Source: Cyanophora paradoxa CCMP329
Lineage: Eukaryota; Plantae; Glaucophyta
Direction of reading: 5' to 3'
Length of the DNA stretch: 64,000 bases
Assembly (NCBI GenBank): GCA_004431415.1
Contig: QPMI01000627.1
Span: forward strand, 151,077-215,076
The notes below the pieces were generated by a model that was not told the origin of the DNA, did not search any database, and saw nothing but the letters and a program-made list of their open reading frames with translations. This document shows positions 49,770-60,530 of the stretch, one piece after another; position 1 is the stretch's first letter; every line of letters starts with the position of its first letter. Made by a program: the position numbers and the translations under genes.

Positions 49770-51083
49770 ATGGAGACTAACAGCCAATTCCAGCGCCCAA
49801 CGCTGAAATCTATGCTCACCACCGATGACTACAAGGATTATTTCCTAAACAAGTCGCTGGTCATTGGAACGTCCTCTGGCACTAAGCCACTTCGAGTTCT
49901 GGTCGCCCCCGATACCGAACCAACCAATGCCCTCGGTAACCGAGTAGTTTTCAAAATCCCCCGCTACCATTTCCTGAATGGTCTCGCGCTGCAACTCGAT
50001 CTTAACCCGATCACCCTCACTGATCTCACGAATGGTGTCGCTGGAACTACTGGCTACCTTCGCGTCATTGGATCGCTAATTAAGCGCATTGAAATCTCTC
50101 ACGCTTCATTCCGCTATGTTGTCCCGGAAGATTTCGTCACCCAGTATTTTCTACTGATGACTGAACAGGGCGAACTCGATAAGAAACTTCGCTATGTGGG
50201 TGGTCTTGTCGGAACCGCTGGTAACACTGTCGGTGGAACCTACGAAATCGATTTACCCTCTCCTTTCGAAAAGGCGATGTTCCCACTTTGCGCTCTGAAC
50301 TCTGAGATCACAGTAGAAATCGAATTCAAGGCGCAAGGGGATGGTATCATTGAGGATGTAAACAATGTTGCTAATATTGCGGTAACCAACAATGGCGCTT
50401 CCCTTCAAGTGCTGAAACCCCGCGTTATTTGCAAGGTCGTAAATGCCGATGAGGCGGTTGTATCTGAGACCATTGCCCGTGTTAAATCGACTGGCATCGC
50501 GATCCCCTACAACGAAATCGGTTTCCTACACACAGATTTCCAGCCGACCGCCTCCGGTTCGCGAGTCAATCTCTCGCAACTCACAGGTGCGGGTCTCATT
50601 CACACTCTCGTATTCTCTGTGCGCCAAAACGCGAAGACGAAGGTGAACAACGGAACTCTCTCGGTTCTGGCTCCTCGTGCACTCAGAACCAACGCCGTAA
50701 GCTTCTATGTGGAACTCAACAATAACCGCCTTTACTCAAATACTTCGCTTCCTCTCATGATTGCCGCGACCGAACTTCAAGAGAAATATAATTCGGCGAT
50801 CTTTACCGAGAGCACAAGCTACCCCGCTCTCACTGGCATTTATTTCGGTGCTGGAAACGGAAAGGCGTCGCTTCTCAACCAAGAGAATACGGGCTACATC
50901 GATGCCACAGGCACATCGGCGTTCGATCTGGTCTTCGAATTCAACGGTGTCACAACGGCAGCCGAAGGTTCATCAGAATGGTATGCGGGTGCCGCTTATC
51001 AGAAGATGCAAATTCAGTGCATTGCCCTCGCTCATAACATAATGATAATTTCCGCCGACGGAATCAGGCGTGTAAGTAGCTAA
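49770..51083 (+). CDS. Major capsid protein (double jelly-roll, PLV type)
   Basis: 437 aa, beta-rich; NRVVFKIPR, SLIKRIEI and IDLPSPF..FPLCALNSEITVEIEF motifs; located next to the pentons and ATPase. Confidence 0.8.
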   Translation: METNSQFQRPTLKSMLTTDDYKDYFLNKSLVIGTSSGTKPLRVLVAPDTEPTNALGNRVVFKIPRYHFLNGLALQLDLNPITLTDLTNGVAGTTGYLRVIGSLIKRIEISHASFRYVVPEDFVTQYFLLMTEQGELDKKLRYVGGLVGTAGNTVGGTYEIDLPSPFEKAMFPLCALNSEITVEIEFKAQGDGIIEDVNNVANIAVTNNGASLQVLKPRVICKVVNADEAVVSETIARVKSTGIAIPYNEIGFLHTDFQPTASGSRVNLSQLTGAGLIHTLVFSVRQNAKTKVNNGTLSVLAPRALRTNAVSFYVELNNNRLYSNTSLPLMIAATELQEKYNSAIFTESTSYPALTGIYFGAGNGKASLLNQENTGYIDATGTSAFDLVFEFNGVTTAAEGSSEWYAGAAYQKMQIQCIALAHNIMIISADGIRRVSS

Positions 51084-51155
51084 GGAATTCGTCGGACAAA
51101 AAATGACGTTCTTTTTATCTTTTGCCCATTTAAGGACAAGACAATTTACAGTATT

Positions 51156-51872
51156 ATGGAATACGGCGGACAAATGGAAGGCATTAGGCGAATCGCACTT
51201 AATGGGAAGCATGGAGAAGGCAAATTTGCGCTTGTCGATGAAGCAGACTATGAGCATGTCACTAAAATCAGTAAGTGGTATTTTCATAATGTCAGAGGTT
51301 ACGCATGGGGCTATGTTGGAAAGGGCAAGAATATTGACATGCACAAGTGGATTATGGGAAGCCGCGATGGGCACTTTGTAGATCACATTAGCAGAGATAA
51401 ATTGGATAATAGGCGTTGCAATCTTCGCTTTTTAACCCCGCAAGAGAGCGTCATTAACACTGGCGTGAGACGAACAAATAAGTCAGGTCTCAAAGGAGTG
51501 ATGCAGAGAAAAGACACTGGAAAATGGAGAGCTGAAATTCAAAAGAACGGAATTTCTTATAATCTCGGATGCTTCAACACGAAAGAAGAAGCCGCAGCAG
51601 CATACAATGCAAAAGCAACCGAACTGTTCGGCGATCTTGCGGTTCTTAATGATGTGGATCCTGTAAATCTAACTCGTAGATTGCTGAAATCAACGAATTC
51701 GAGTGGTTATCGTGGTGTCAATCAAACGAGATCTGGAAAGTGGGAAGCGAATTTCATGCATAACAAACAGAGATGGCGCAAAATATGTGACACAAAGGAA
51801 GACGCAGCTCGATTTTACAATGAGAAAGCCGCCGAAATTCTGGGTGATAAAGCGATCCTAAACGAAATCTAA
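51156..51872 (+). CDS. HNH homing endonuclease with two AP2 DNA-binding domains
   Basis: VDHISRDKLDNRRCNLR (HNH); NKSGLKGV..KWRAEI..LGCF..EEAAAAYN and SSGYRGV..KWEA..EDAARFYN (AP2 x2). Confidence 0.92.
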   Translation: MEYGGQMEGIRRIALNGKHGEGKFALVDEADYEHVTKISKWYFHNVRGYAWGYVGKGKNIDMHKWIMGSRDGHFVDHISRDKLDNRRCNLRFLTPQESVINTGVRRTNKSGLKGVMQRKDTGKWRAEIQKNGISYNLGCFNTKEEAAAAYNAKATELFGDLAVLNDVDPVNLTRRLLKSTNSSGYRGVNQTRSGKWEANFMHNKQRWRKICDTKEDAARFYNEKAAEILGDKAILNEI

Positions 51873-51922
51873 ACCAATTACCACATTCAGTCTTATTTTT
51901 CTATTGTTTTTATAGTGAAAGA

Positions 51923-52789
51923 ATGCAAAAAGGGACGACGCCCATAGATCTCGAAGAATGGAACCCGAAACAGAGGGTGAAACTTCCCGCACGATTTCTC
52001 TTATTGGCGAAAACCAATTGTGGTAAATCGGTATTCTTAAAGTGGCTGATCAAAGAACTCGAAGACCAGATCTCGTATGTTCTGGTTTTTTGTCCTACGA
52101 GTTTCAACGGTTTCTGGGGACAAATTACAGATGAAGTGCATGATACCTGGAAACCGGAATATGTGGAGTCGATCATAGAAGCCCGCAAAAAAGCCATCAT
52201 CGCGGGTAAGAAACCAAAGAATATTCTCATTGTGCTCGACGATTGTTTGGAGTCCGGAACTATCGATCTTTCGCGCGATCATTTGCTAAATAAATTGATG
52301 GCGCAAGGTCGTCATACGTTTTGTTCCGTGGCTTTAATATCGCAAAAACTAACAAAGCTTTCAACGATCATTCGCAGCAATGCGGAGTATATCATATTCC
52401 TAAGCTGGTCAAACATGCGAGAGTTTGAAGCATATCACGAAGAGTTCGGGAACATGGATAAAGAGAGTTTTAAGCGCATGTTCCAAGAATTCTGTCATAG
52501 CTACCAAGCGATCATTCACGATAATACCGGGTATTCTGTGCGATGGTGGGTCGAAAAAGCCGATATGATCGATGACCATCCGTTTACTAAATTCCACAAG
52601 CGGGCGGCTTTTGAAGAAAAGAAGCGCAAACAACAAGAAGAGCAAGCATCAAAACCGCCGCCTGTCAAAGATTCGACAACTGTATGCAAAACTTTATCCA
52701 AATTTGAGCGTGAGCTTGAAGGTATCCCCAAACTTTCGCAAATTTCGCCTAAGAAAAAGAAAATGTTAATCAAATGTAAGAGAAGATAA
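51923..52789 (+). CDS. A32-like (FtsK/HerA) genome-packaging ATPase
   Basis: Walker A AKTNCGKS, Walker B LIVLDD, GRH..SQ and IRSN motifs. Confidence 0.92.
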   Translation: MQKGTTPIDLEEWNPKQRVKLPARFLLLAKTNCGKSVFLKWLIKELEDQISYVLVFCPTSFNGFWGQITDEVHDTWKPEYVESIIEARKKAIIAGKKPKNILIVLDDCLESGTIDLSRDHLLNKLMAQGRHTFCSVALISQKLTKLSTIIRSNAEYIIFLSWSNMREFEAYHEEFGNMDKESFKRMFQEFCHSYQAIIHDNTGYSVRWWVEKADMIDDHPFTKFHKRAAFEEKKRKQQEEQASKPPPVKDSTTVCKTLSKFERELEGIPKLSQISPKKKKMLIKCKRR

Positions 52790-52791
52790 TC

Positions 52792-53475
52792 ATGGTCTAC
52801 CGAAAGAAGCCTCAAACCATTCAAACTGTCGCTTCTGGTAATCCTAATCGCGGACTTGAAGAGTCTGGGTTAACGTCGGGTGGCGGTCTCGAAATGCCCG
52901 AATATCTTATAGACACTTCGCCAGAGGAGGTCGCCAAGCAAGAGGCGATTATTGCGAGTGCCACCGCGGACAAGGGAAACCAAGATAGCGGTAAACGCCA
53001 AATGGACGATTTAGCTACTGTAAAACCACAGATTGGAGGCGGCTCTGTTGATGAAGCAACCGACAAAGTAATTAAAGCGCAAGTTGTCGCAAGCCAGCAC
53101 AAAACGCAAGACGTCCCGAAAGCCGCCGAAACCGAGCTTAAAAAGCGCGGATCCTATCAAAAACACACGGTTCCTGTCGACGTTGTCATGAGCTTCGAAG
53201 AGAAAGTGCGAGACCTTGAAATGAAAGTCTCTAACTACGAGAAATGGATGCAAGATTATAACGAACGCAAGAAATTAAAGGGGCTCGTGAAGAAAGAGAT
53301 CTCCAAACTCGGATTAAAGCAAAAAGTCGACGTAGAGGAGATTAAAAAGGAGGAAAAGACAGATGCGCAAGCCGTAACTCGACAGCAATCGGTTGCCCCG
53401 CAATATGCACATATTGTGCCGACCGCACCCGTGAATTATGCCGCAATGCTCGGTGGTAAACGCCATATCCGCTAA
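52792..53475 (+). CDS. Hypothetical charged coiled-coil protein
   Basis: 227-aa ORF starting 2 bp after the ATPase stop; Lys/Glu-rich. Confidence 0.65.
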   Translation: MVYRKKPQTIQTVASGNPNRGLEESGLTSGGGLEMPEYLIDTSPEEVAKQEAIIASATADKGNQDSGKRQMDDLATVKPQIGGGSVDEATDKVIKAQVVASQHKTQDVPKAAETELKKRGSYQKHTVPVDVVMSFEEKVRDLEMKVSNYEKWMQDYNERKKLKGLVKKEISKLGLKQKVDVEEIKKEEKTDAQAVTRQQSVAPQYAHIVPTAPVNYAAMLGGKRHIR

Positions 53476-53679
53476 TGACTGTGAATATCCGCAAGGCAAA
53501 GCTGAACCCGCCCGTATTTAGAGCGGGTCTTTATGTGGACTCCCTTGCAAAACGGGCATGTGGGTTCTGTAAACAGCATTATAAGATCGACCAACTCATA
53601 AGGAAACACACGAGCAAGCAATAGCCTCATTCCCTTTTATTTTCTCACATATTTAATACGTTGCGTCCTTGTAGGATCT

Positions 53680-54114
53680 ATGAATTTCATAACACAATGC
53701 ATTGAAATGTTTCATCTACATTTCATATCTCACTGTAAGTCCGGATGTTGCGACACAACCGTAGAGGTTGATATTACCGATGAAGACCATGGAGGTAGGC
53801 GCCTTTCTGTATATTCTAACCATAGCGACAATCACAACCACCCACGATCTCGATCGCCCTCGCCTGTGACCGCGGCTATGAGTTCCAATATCGAAACCGC
53901 TCAGATAGAGGACGTGCATGTAGAGCATATTAGAAGGCGCTCATGTCCTGAGTTTGTAGAAGGTCATTTGCGCGCTGACTCCCCTTATCCGATGTATAGA
54001 TTGGATCAAATGGCATTAGGCGACGATGAAAATGTAACGAACCCTTATGTTTATCCTCAGCAACCTTATGTATATCCTCAGCAACAAGAAAGAACCGTCT
54101 GGAACGGTTATTGA
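53680..54114 (+). CDS. Hypothetical protein with CKSGCC cluster and PYVYPQQ tandem repeat
   Basis: 144-aa ORF preceded by TATTTTCTC. Confidence 0.55.
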   Translation: MNFITQCIEMFHLHFISHCKSGCCDTTVEVDITDEDHGGRRLSVYSNHSDNHNHPRSRSPSPVTAAMSSNIETAQIEDVHVEHIRRRSCPEFVEGHLRADSPYPMYRLDQMALGDDENVTNPYVYPQQPYVYPQQQERTVWNGY

Positions 54115-54238
54115 GCGGTGAATTTCGGTGGCGCTTGTATCGAGCCAAGGGCAAAAATTGAAGGTTTCGGTAAAAGGTATTTAAGGGCAAGGGAAATAAT
54201 ACAGAGTGACAAAAAACTATTTTCTCCGGTTATAGTAA

Positions 54239-54652
54239 ATGGCGAAACCCAAGATTTCAAACCAAGAGGCGATGGCGGCACAGCAGGAAAAGCGCAGACC
54301 CGGGCGACCGAAAAAGGTGATTTCAGAAGAGGAGAAGGCGGAGAGATTAAGATTAAAACGCGAAAAAGACGCCGAGCGGCAGCGAAACAAGCATCAGAGA
54401 CAGAAACAGGAGCGATTAGCCGCCGGAGAGGCTACGATATTCACCCCGGAACAGCTACAAAAGATTGCAATTCGTAAACAGCAGCGATACCAAGACGATG
54501 AAGAGTATCGGGAGAAAATCCGAGAGAAGGCACGTGAATACCAACGAAGGAAAAGAGCGGAACGCAAGCTGAATCCGCCCGCTAAACCTCAGCCACAAAA
54601 GCCCGCTGGGAGACCCCGAAAGCATGTGGTCGAGAACGCGAAAAATTCGTAG
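54239..54652 (+). CDS. Small basic DNA-binding protein with two AT-hook-like motifs
   Basis: RRPGRPKK and AGRPRK flank an Arg/Lys/Glu helix; preceded by the TATTTTCTCCGGT motif. Confidence 0.7.
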   Translation: MAKPKISNQEAMAAQQEKRRPGRPKKVISEEEKAERLRLKREKDAERQRNKHQRQKQERLAAGEATIFTPEQLQKIAIRKQQRYQDDEEYREKIREKAREYQRRKRAERKLNPPAKPQPQKPAGRPRKHVVENAKNS

Positions 54653-54785
54653 CGGAAAGTATCCGCACGATGCGAAAAATGATTAATTTTTTACCTCCCT
54701 TTTTATTCCCCGTATCCGTCAAAAAGCACTTAAAGAATTAGCGACAAGGGTATGAAAAGGAGAATTTGGTAGATTGCGTCGAAAT

Positions 54786-54798
54786 TATTTTCTCCGGT
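54786..54798 (+). promoter_or_regulatory. Putative viral promoter motif TATTTTCTCCGGT (also 54218-54230 and 60544-60556)
   Basis: Exact 13-mer 8-22 nt upstream of three ATGs. Confidence 0.65.
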
Positions 54799-54820
54799 TA
54801 TTTTAAAAGAACTAATAGAG

Positions 54821-57800
54821 ATGCCGCGCGCAACCAACAGAATCGCTAACAATGTTCGGGATGAAATTATCGGATACATTATGCAGGGATTGAGTCAGGA
54901 TTTGCTAACCGAAGAACAGGCGCATTGGGCGATGCACAACACAATGAATCGGAAGCCCAAGCTCCAAACGCTGATCGACATTCGGGACACTCTGAATGGA
55001 ATCATTAATCCCCGCGTTTTCCGCAGGGCAGAGCGGAAAGAGAAGCGCGCCGCTCGCACCCAAGTTAATATAGAAAAGCAAAAGCAAAAAGAACAAGAGG
55101 CGAAGCGTTTACAGCGCTTCGATCGCAAACGAGAACAGAAACGGGCGAAAGAAGCGAAACTCGAAGCGAAGCAGCAGAGAGGTAAACTAAAAGCGGTAGA
55201 GGATGCGATTAAACGCACTATTCTCGATCCAATCGCCGCATACGATCCGGAAACTCTCGCAACAATTACGTTCAAGCTATGGGGACCTGGATCCGGTGCT
55301 CGGTCGTCGGAGGTAATTGTTATTCCCGGAATTCCCGAATTAAATATACCAGACAGAACCTTTGTCACCTACCAGAATATAAGAGAGACAGTTTCGGTGA
55401 GGGTGTTGCGAAACTTTGCTCTGGCAAAAATCGATAGAGTGTATGGAATTCTCACCGCTCAAAATCGTTATTATTCGGAAGAGAGAGATTCAATCTTCGA
55501 TTTACTCGAAAACTACGATGAATTGAAGATTCGTCTGGGAACTTTCGGACAAGCATACGAGATGTTCTTCTTTAAGACACCACCAACCGAGGAACAGAAA
55601 AAACTACGCAAAGGTTTCGATGATTTTGGCGGCAGTGTCGATGATGCCTTTATAACTGTTCATGAGGTCGTGATCGATGGGACGAAGGTGTCGAAGATGA
55701 CGGAGCCGGTGCTATCCCTGGCAATCGCTATGAGTTCCTGGATGATGAGCTAATGGACAGTATGCGATGCACCGCGATTATGAGCAAATTCACAGACTAC
55801 ACATTAAATCCAAACGCGTCTGAGTTCGAAGATGTTATTGAGCTTCCCAAATCATCTACATCTAACGCTTGCGGATACGATATGATCATCTCCACATGGG
55901 GAGCGTCCATTAAGAAGTGTCAGGACGCGCCAAAACCGCGATATACTGACTTAACTATGTCCTACGACGGTCTCTATAAATTCTTTCACGGTCGCGAACG
56001 CACACCTGGCGACTCTCTGGCTCTCACCCTCCGCCATATCGAGAAATTCTGTAAGAGAATTCAGACAGGCTTCCGCGTCTTTGATGTCGACGGAAAGTTA
56101 ATACACAAATTCGCGGCGGAATCAATTAACAAAAACATCTTTCCCGCAATATTCACTTTATGATTCACAACAAGCACATCTATATATTCAACGATAACAT
56201 CAAGTCGCTCGAAATGCGCATGGCGAAGATGGAGGTCGAAGAGCTCGATAATCATGTTCCTAAGTCGACCTCTTCGTTAGCACTCTATAAAATTCCGACG
56301 TGTCTTACTCACGATATCTTCGCGCACACATCCAAGGATTTGTTAAAGATCACGCAACTTAAACTATCGCCCGACGAGCGCAGTTTCATCCGCATTCTTT
56401 ATACTGGGCGCGAAGGTCTGGAAGGTCTTCTATTTACGTTCCTGAAAATGCGATATGAGCCCGCTGTGAAGCTAACACCATCGAAACAGATCGACAGCAT
56501 CACATTCAAAGCCAATGGCTCGATGTTCTCTATCAAAGATCCACGCACAACAGACCACTTTATTGAGCAAGATTTCGAAACAGAGGAGTATTATAATAAG
56601 GTCTGTGAAATCGGGAAGGGATTCCGGGAGTCGCTTCTAAATGCGACGAATATCTCACATTACAGCCCGAACATGCGCGAAATTCTCACGCACTACAAGC
56701 GATCCGCACTAAGTGGCTTTTTCTATAAGCCGAACCCGAAAGCCACCTACACAGCTGTCGATATGGCGAAGTGCTACCCTTCGATACTGAAAGGCATGCA
56801 ATATCTTCCGAAATACAATGTGTTTGATGACTTCGTTCCCTTTAAAGCGGGAAGCGATATTCTCGAATACGCGATCTACTACGTGCGTGTCGTTGCGTTT
56901 GAGAGAGAGCAAGCGACTTTCGCCGACGATGAGGATGTAGATTATGATGCCGCCATGTCTCGCAAGATTGATGGAATCGAAATTATTCTGGATCGCGCAT
57001 TTTCCGTGAGTGGTCGCTGTTATAATTTCATGACAGGCTACACTCTCTCCATGCATTGGGCGGACGTAAAGGACAAGATAGAGATTATCGCGGTCGCGGA
57101 GCCTTCGCATTTGGTGCCCAATACGTCGATCGCTGAGATGCAAAAAGTGCTGTCAAGCGACATTCAAACCACAGATAAGAAGCATATTTTAGTGAAAGAG
57201 ATCGGAATGCTCGGCAAATTCCAAGACTCGCAAACATCCACGAAAATGTTCTACAACCGTGCCGAGGCTGAGAGGTTCGCCCAAGAATGCGGAGGAACAG
57301 TAGAGGTGTTTACTTTCAATCCTAAGAATTCGAAACGTGTCAAAACTCTTAGCGAATTCGAAGGTCACATCTATTTCGTTAAGATCAGCTCCCACCGCGA
57401 GCTCGTTAACGGATTCCTTCCTATCCACTTTCATATTTACGATCGCAACCGTGCTAATATGTTTGCGCAATACAAGCGCCTGACAGCGCGCGGGCACAAG
57501 GTTGCCGGGATCAGAACGGATTGCCTATATATCGAAGGTTCATGGACAAGTAAGAAAGAGTTCGACCGAAATGCGTTTGAGAACATGGGCAAATTCAGCT
57601 ATATTCCCGGGAAAAGATGCCCTGAGAATGCACTCCGCCCACCACGGGGTGTAACTCTCGAATTTCAGGATCCCGAGACACTCATTAACCGGTTCTCGCT
57701 GAGGGACGAATTTAATCCGGAGTGCTTTAATTGGGTTGCGGAGCTCCATAATCGTATGCTTGTCCTTGCTGACATGCCCGGAAGTGGAAAGTCGACCCTC

Positions 57801-59129
57801 GGTATTAATTGCTTTGCCTCTCAAAAGTCAAATTGCTTAGTCATTTGCCCCTATAACAAACAGTGCGCAGAGCTGAGGGACTCTCTCAAAGTCCGCGGAA
57901 TCGAGAATATTACCGTTCGTACTTTATATAATGTTCTCGGGATCCGTGTCTCAAATGATCAGACCTACGAAGAGGCTATGAGCGAAAAAGACCAGAGGGC
58001 GTTCGTCTCCGAGTTCAGTCACATTATGTTCGACGAGATATTCGCGTATTCCGTAAAAGATCTCGCTAAGATCAAGTCGTTTATCGATCGCTATCCGGAT
58101 ATCAAATATTTGGCTAATGGCGACACCTATCAAAATGAACCAATTAATGACGAGCTCTCGGTTTCTGATCGCAAGGGCTACTATAAGCGCGCGGTGCAGA
58201 GTATGTTCCCTAACGTTCTGAGTCTACGCAATAACAAGCGGCACAAGAAGGAGACAGACCGTGAATTAATTCGGGCGATTAAAGAGGATCTCTTCGAGAA
58301 CGGACTGGAAGCCGCACAGATTATCTCGAAATACGGGTTGCCGACAATTAATGATCTAAGCGCTATTCCCGACGGCTACTTTGGCATCGCTTACAGAAAC
58401 GAAATGACCTTAGCCTACAACAAACTGATGCACGATAGACGCAAAGTAAATATCCCAACCGTAGAGGTCAATGGCATCAAATTCTACAAGGGTTTGGAAG
58501 TCGTTTGCCGCAAGTATCTACGCATTTCGCGGTCTGAGGGCGAGTCTATAAACGCATACACGAATTACACCTATCGAATCACCAAAATCACAAAGCAAAT
58601 GGTCACATTAACGGACGTTTTCGATGGTGTCACGTTTGAGGTTCCGTGCGCGATGTTAGAACATTTTTCTCTCCCTTATGCAGGAACAGGTCATTCAACG
58701 CAAGGTCTCACACTTGATTCGGGCATTGTCATTTGTGAGGCTACGTTCCGCTATACCACTCGCGAATGGTTCTATACCGCGCTCACTCGTAACCGCGATC
58801 TGTCTACTGTGCTGATTTATACACCGATTCACAAGTTCCAAGGAAAGAGTGACTACATCGAGTATCTGAAAGGGAAGATCCGCGGTTACAAATGCCAGGA
58901 TCAGCGTGCCGGGCGCGATTTCGATGAGGCGGATTATATTACGCCGGAGTGGATATTAGAGCGCAAGAAGCAACAGAAGGGCGCCTGTGCGCTCTGTTCC
59001 CTTCCTATTCCGACTGAGCCACAAGATCCGAATTACAAGCTCGTCGTGGATCGCATAAACAACAGGCGCCCACATCTTAAAGACAATTGCCAGCTCGTGC
59101 ATCACGGGTGCAATTGCAGCAAAAAATAA
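54821..59129 (+). CDS. ~1436-aa replication protein: basic N-terminal region + divergent family-B polymerase + SF1 helicase + C-terminal Zn/HNH-like domain (two frameshifts)
   Basis: PolB motifs VDMAKCYPS (A), KHILVKEIGMLGK (B) and GIRTDCL (C). SF1 motifs DMPGSGKS, MFDEI, GDTYQN, GHSTQG and YTALTR. C-terminus CALC..VDRINN..H..NC..H..CN. ORFs 54821-55753, 55753-56163 and 56160-59129 join by +1 nt at ~55680 and ~56145. Confidence 0.85.
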
Positions 59130-59147
59130 ACAGGTTTAATTAGAAGA

Positions 59148-60530
59148 ATGTCACGGATCGTTAGAAGGGTAGCGGGCGAGGAGACAGAGACCACCATACT
59201 ACCTATCGCGGTTCCTGAAACTGAGCAAGTCCCCCAAAAAATCACAAAACGCCAAGCAAAATCAAATTTATTAGGAGATGTTCCTTTTAGCATTGCTAAC
59301 CCGTCCTCGAAGATCGTGCGCCGCATGTATGACCCAAAGACAGGTTTTAAGAACCCATCGGCATTGTACGAAGAGCTGAGAAAAGAGGACAAGAGCCTCA
59401 CATTGAAAGAAGTGCAAGATGTCGCAGCGAAACAAGAATTTATGCAGATTAACAAGAAGCCCCCAGCACCGACCCAAACAGCTTTTATTCCCATCACAGC
59501 CCCGCCGTGGTGCTATCAAGCGGATCTCATCTTTTATCTCTCATATGGCAATTATAATTCCGGCTACATTGCAGTCCTTACTCTCATTGAGATGACAAGC
59601 CGAAAAGCATATGCCAAGAAGTTAAAGAATAAGGAGGGCGCAAGTGTTGCCGCCGCTTTTGCGGAGATGCTCACAGATCTCCCGGCTCCAATGGTTCGAT
59701 TAGAGACAGATAACGGTTCGGAATTCATCGCGAAGGAGTTTCAGGAGATCGTTAAAAATAACGGAATAGAACACCGCTTTAAACAGGTCGGAGATCACAC
59801 TTCGCTGGGAATAATGAATCGCTTTCATTTGACCCTAAAAACGATGATAAACAACTACTGTGTCGCTTATAACACTGTGCGATTTATGGACAAATTGGAC
59901 GACTTCGTTTTCAATTATAACAACACCATTCACAGAACCATAGGAATGAAACCCGCAGATGTTAAGCTTTCTGATATGGAGCGGATCAGAGCGGCTATAA
60001 TTTCAAAGAAGAACACAATCGTAAAGGATATATTCAGCGATTTTAAACCTGGTCTCCACGTCCGCCTGTTATTGCCGAGATCGAAATTCGATAAAGGGGC
60101 GACTCAAAGGTATAGCCGAGAGGTCTACAAAATTGCGGGAAGGAGAGGAAACGCGATAGAGGTGCAAGATGCAGCGGGGAACGTTATGCCGAAGCTGTTT
60201 AAGCCGCACGAATTGCAAATCATTACAGAGGTCGAAGCTGTGGTGGAACCATCAGGCAACGCTATTTTAGCGGCTGATGTAGAGGCAGCTTCGATCCGGC
60301 AGGTGCAAAAAGAAGGTATAGATGTTGCCGCAAGTGTTCCGAAAGGGGCTCTATTGGAAGATCGCGCAGAAAAGACGAAGAGGGCGCTTAGAGAGCTCGC
60401 CAAATTGACAATCGCGGGAACTGAGAAGCTCTCAGAGGTAAACAGTCAGAGGTGGTATAAATCATTCAAGAATCAGAGCGCAAGCTACACAGCCCCTACT
60501 ACGCGCATTCTTCGGTCATCTCGTTCATAA
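59148..60530 (+). CDS. Retroviral-like (rve) integrase, Polinton type, D-D(35)-N variant
   Basis: YQADL, ETDNGSEF, GIMNRFHLTLK, YNNTIHRTIGMKP and FKPGLHVR..FDKG..YSREVYKI; consistent with the 6-bp TSD. Confidence 0.92.
   Translation: MSRIVRRVAGEETETTILPIAVPETEQVPQKITKRQAKSNLLGDVPFSIANPSSKIVRRMYDPKTGFKNPSALYEELRKEDKSLTLKEVQDVAAKQEFMQINKKPPAPTQTAFIPITAPPWCYQADLIFYLSYGNYNSGYIAVLTLIEMTSRKAYAKKLKNKEGASVAAAFAEMLTDLPAPMVRLETDNGSEFIAKEFQEIVKNNGIEHRFKQVGDHTSLGIMNRFHLTLKTMINNYCVAYNTVRFMDKLDDFVFNYNNTIHRTIGMKPADVKLSDMERIRAAIISKKNTIVKDIFSDFKPGLHVRLLLPRSKFDKGATQRYSREVYKIAGRRGNAIEVQDAAGNVMPKLFKPHELQIITEVEAVVEPSGNAILAADVEAASIRQVQKEGIDVAASVPKGALLEDRAEKTKRALRELAKLTIAGTEKLSEVNSQRWYKSFKNQSASYTAPTTRILRSSRS

Noticed and set aside
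53701-53718. IEMFHL hexapeptide shared with the TIR-boundary ORF
   Set aside because: No flanking similarity; a 6-aa match is plausible by chance.
54118-54477. Alternative overlapping ORF
   Set aside because: Non-ATG start; it overlaps the AT-hook gene, which has an ATG and the promoter motif.
55670-56165. Programmed ribosomal frameshifting in the replicase
   Set aside because: No clear slippery heptamer with downstream structure; the same one-base-loss pattern occurs in non-coding TIR homopolymers, favouring error or decay.
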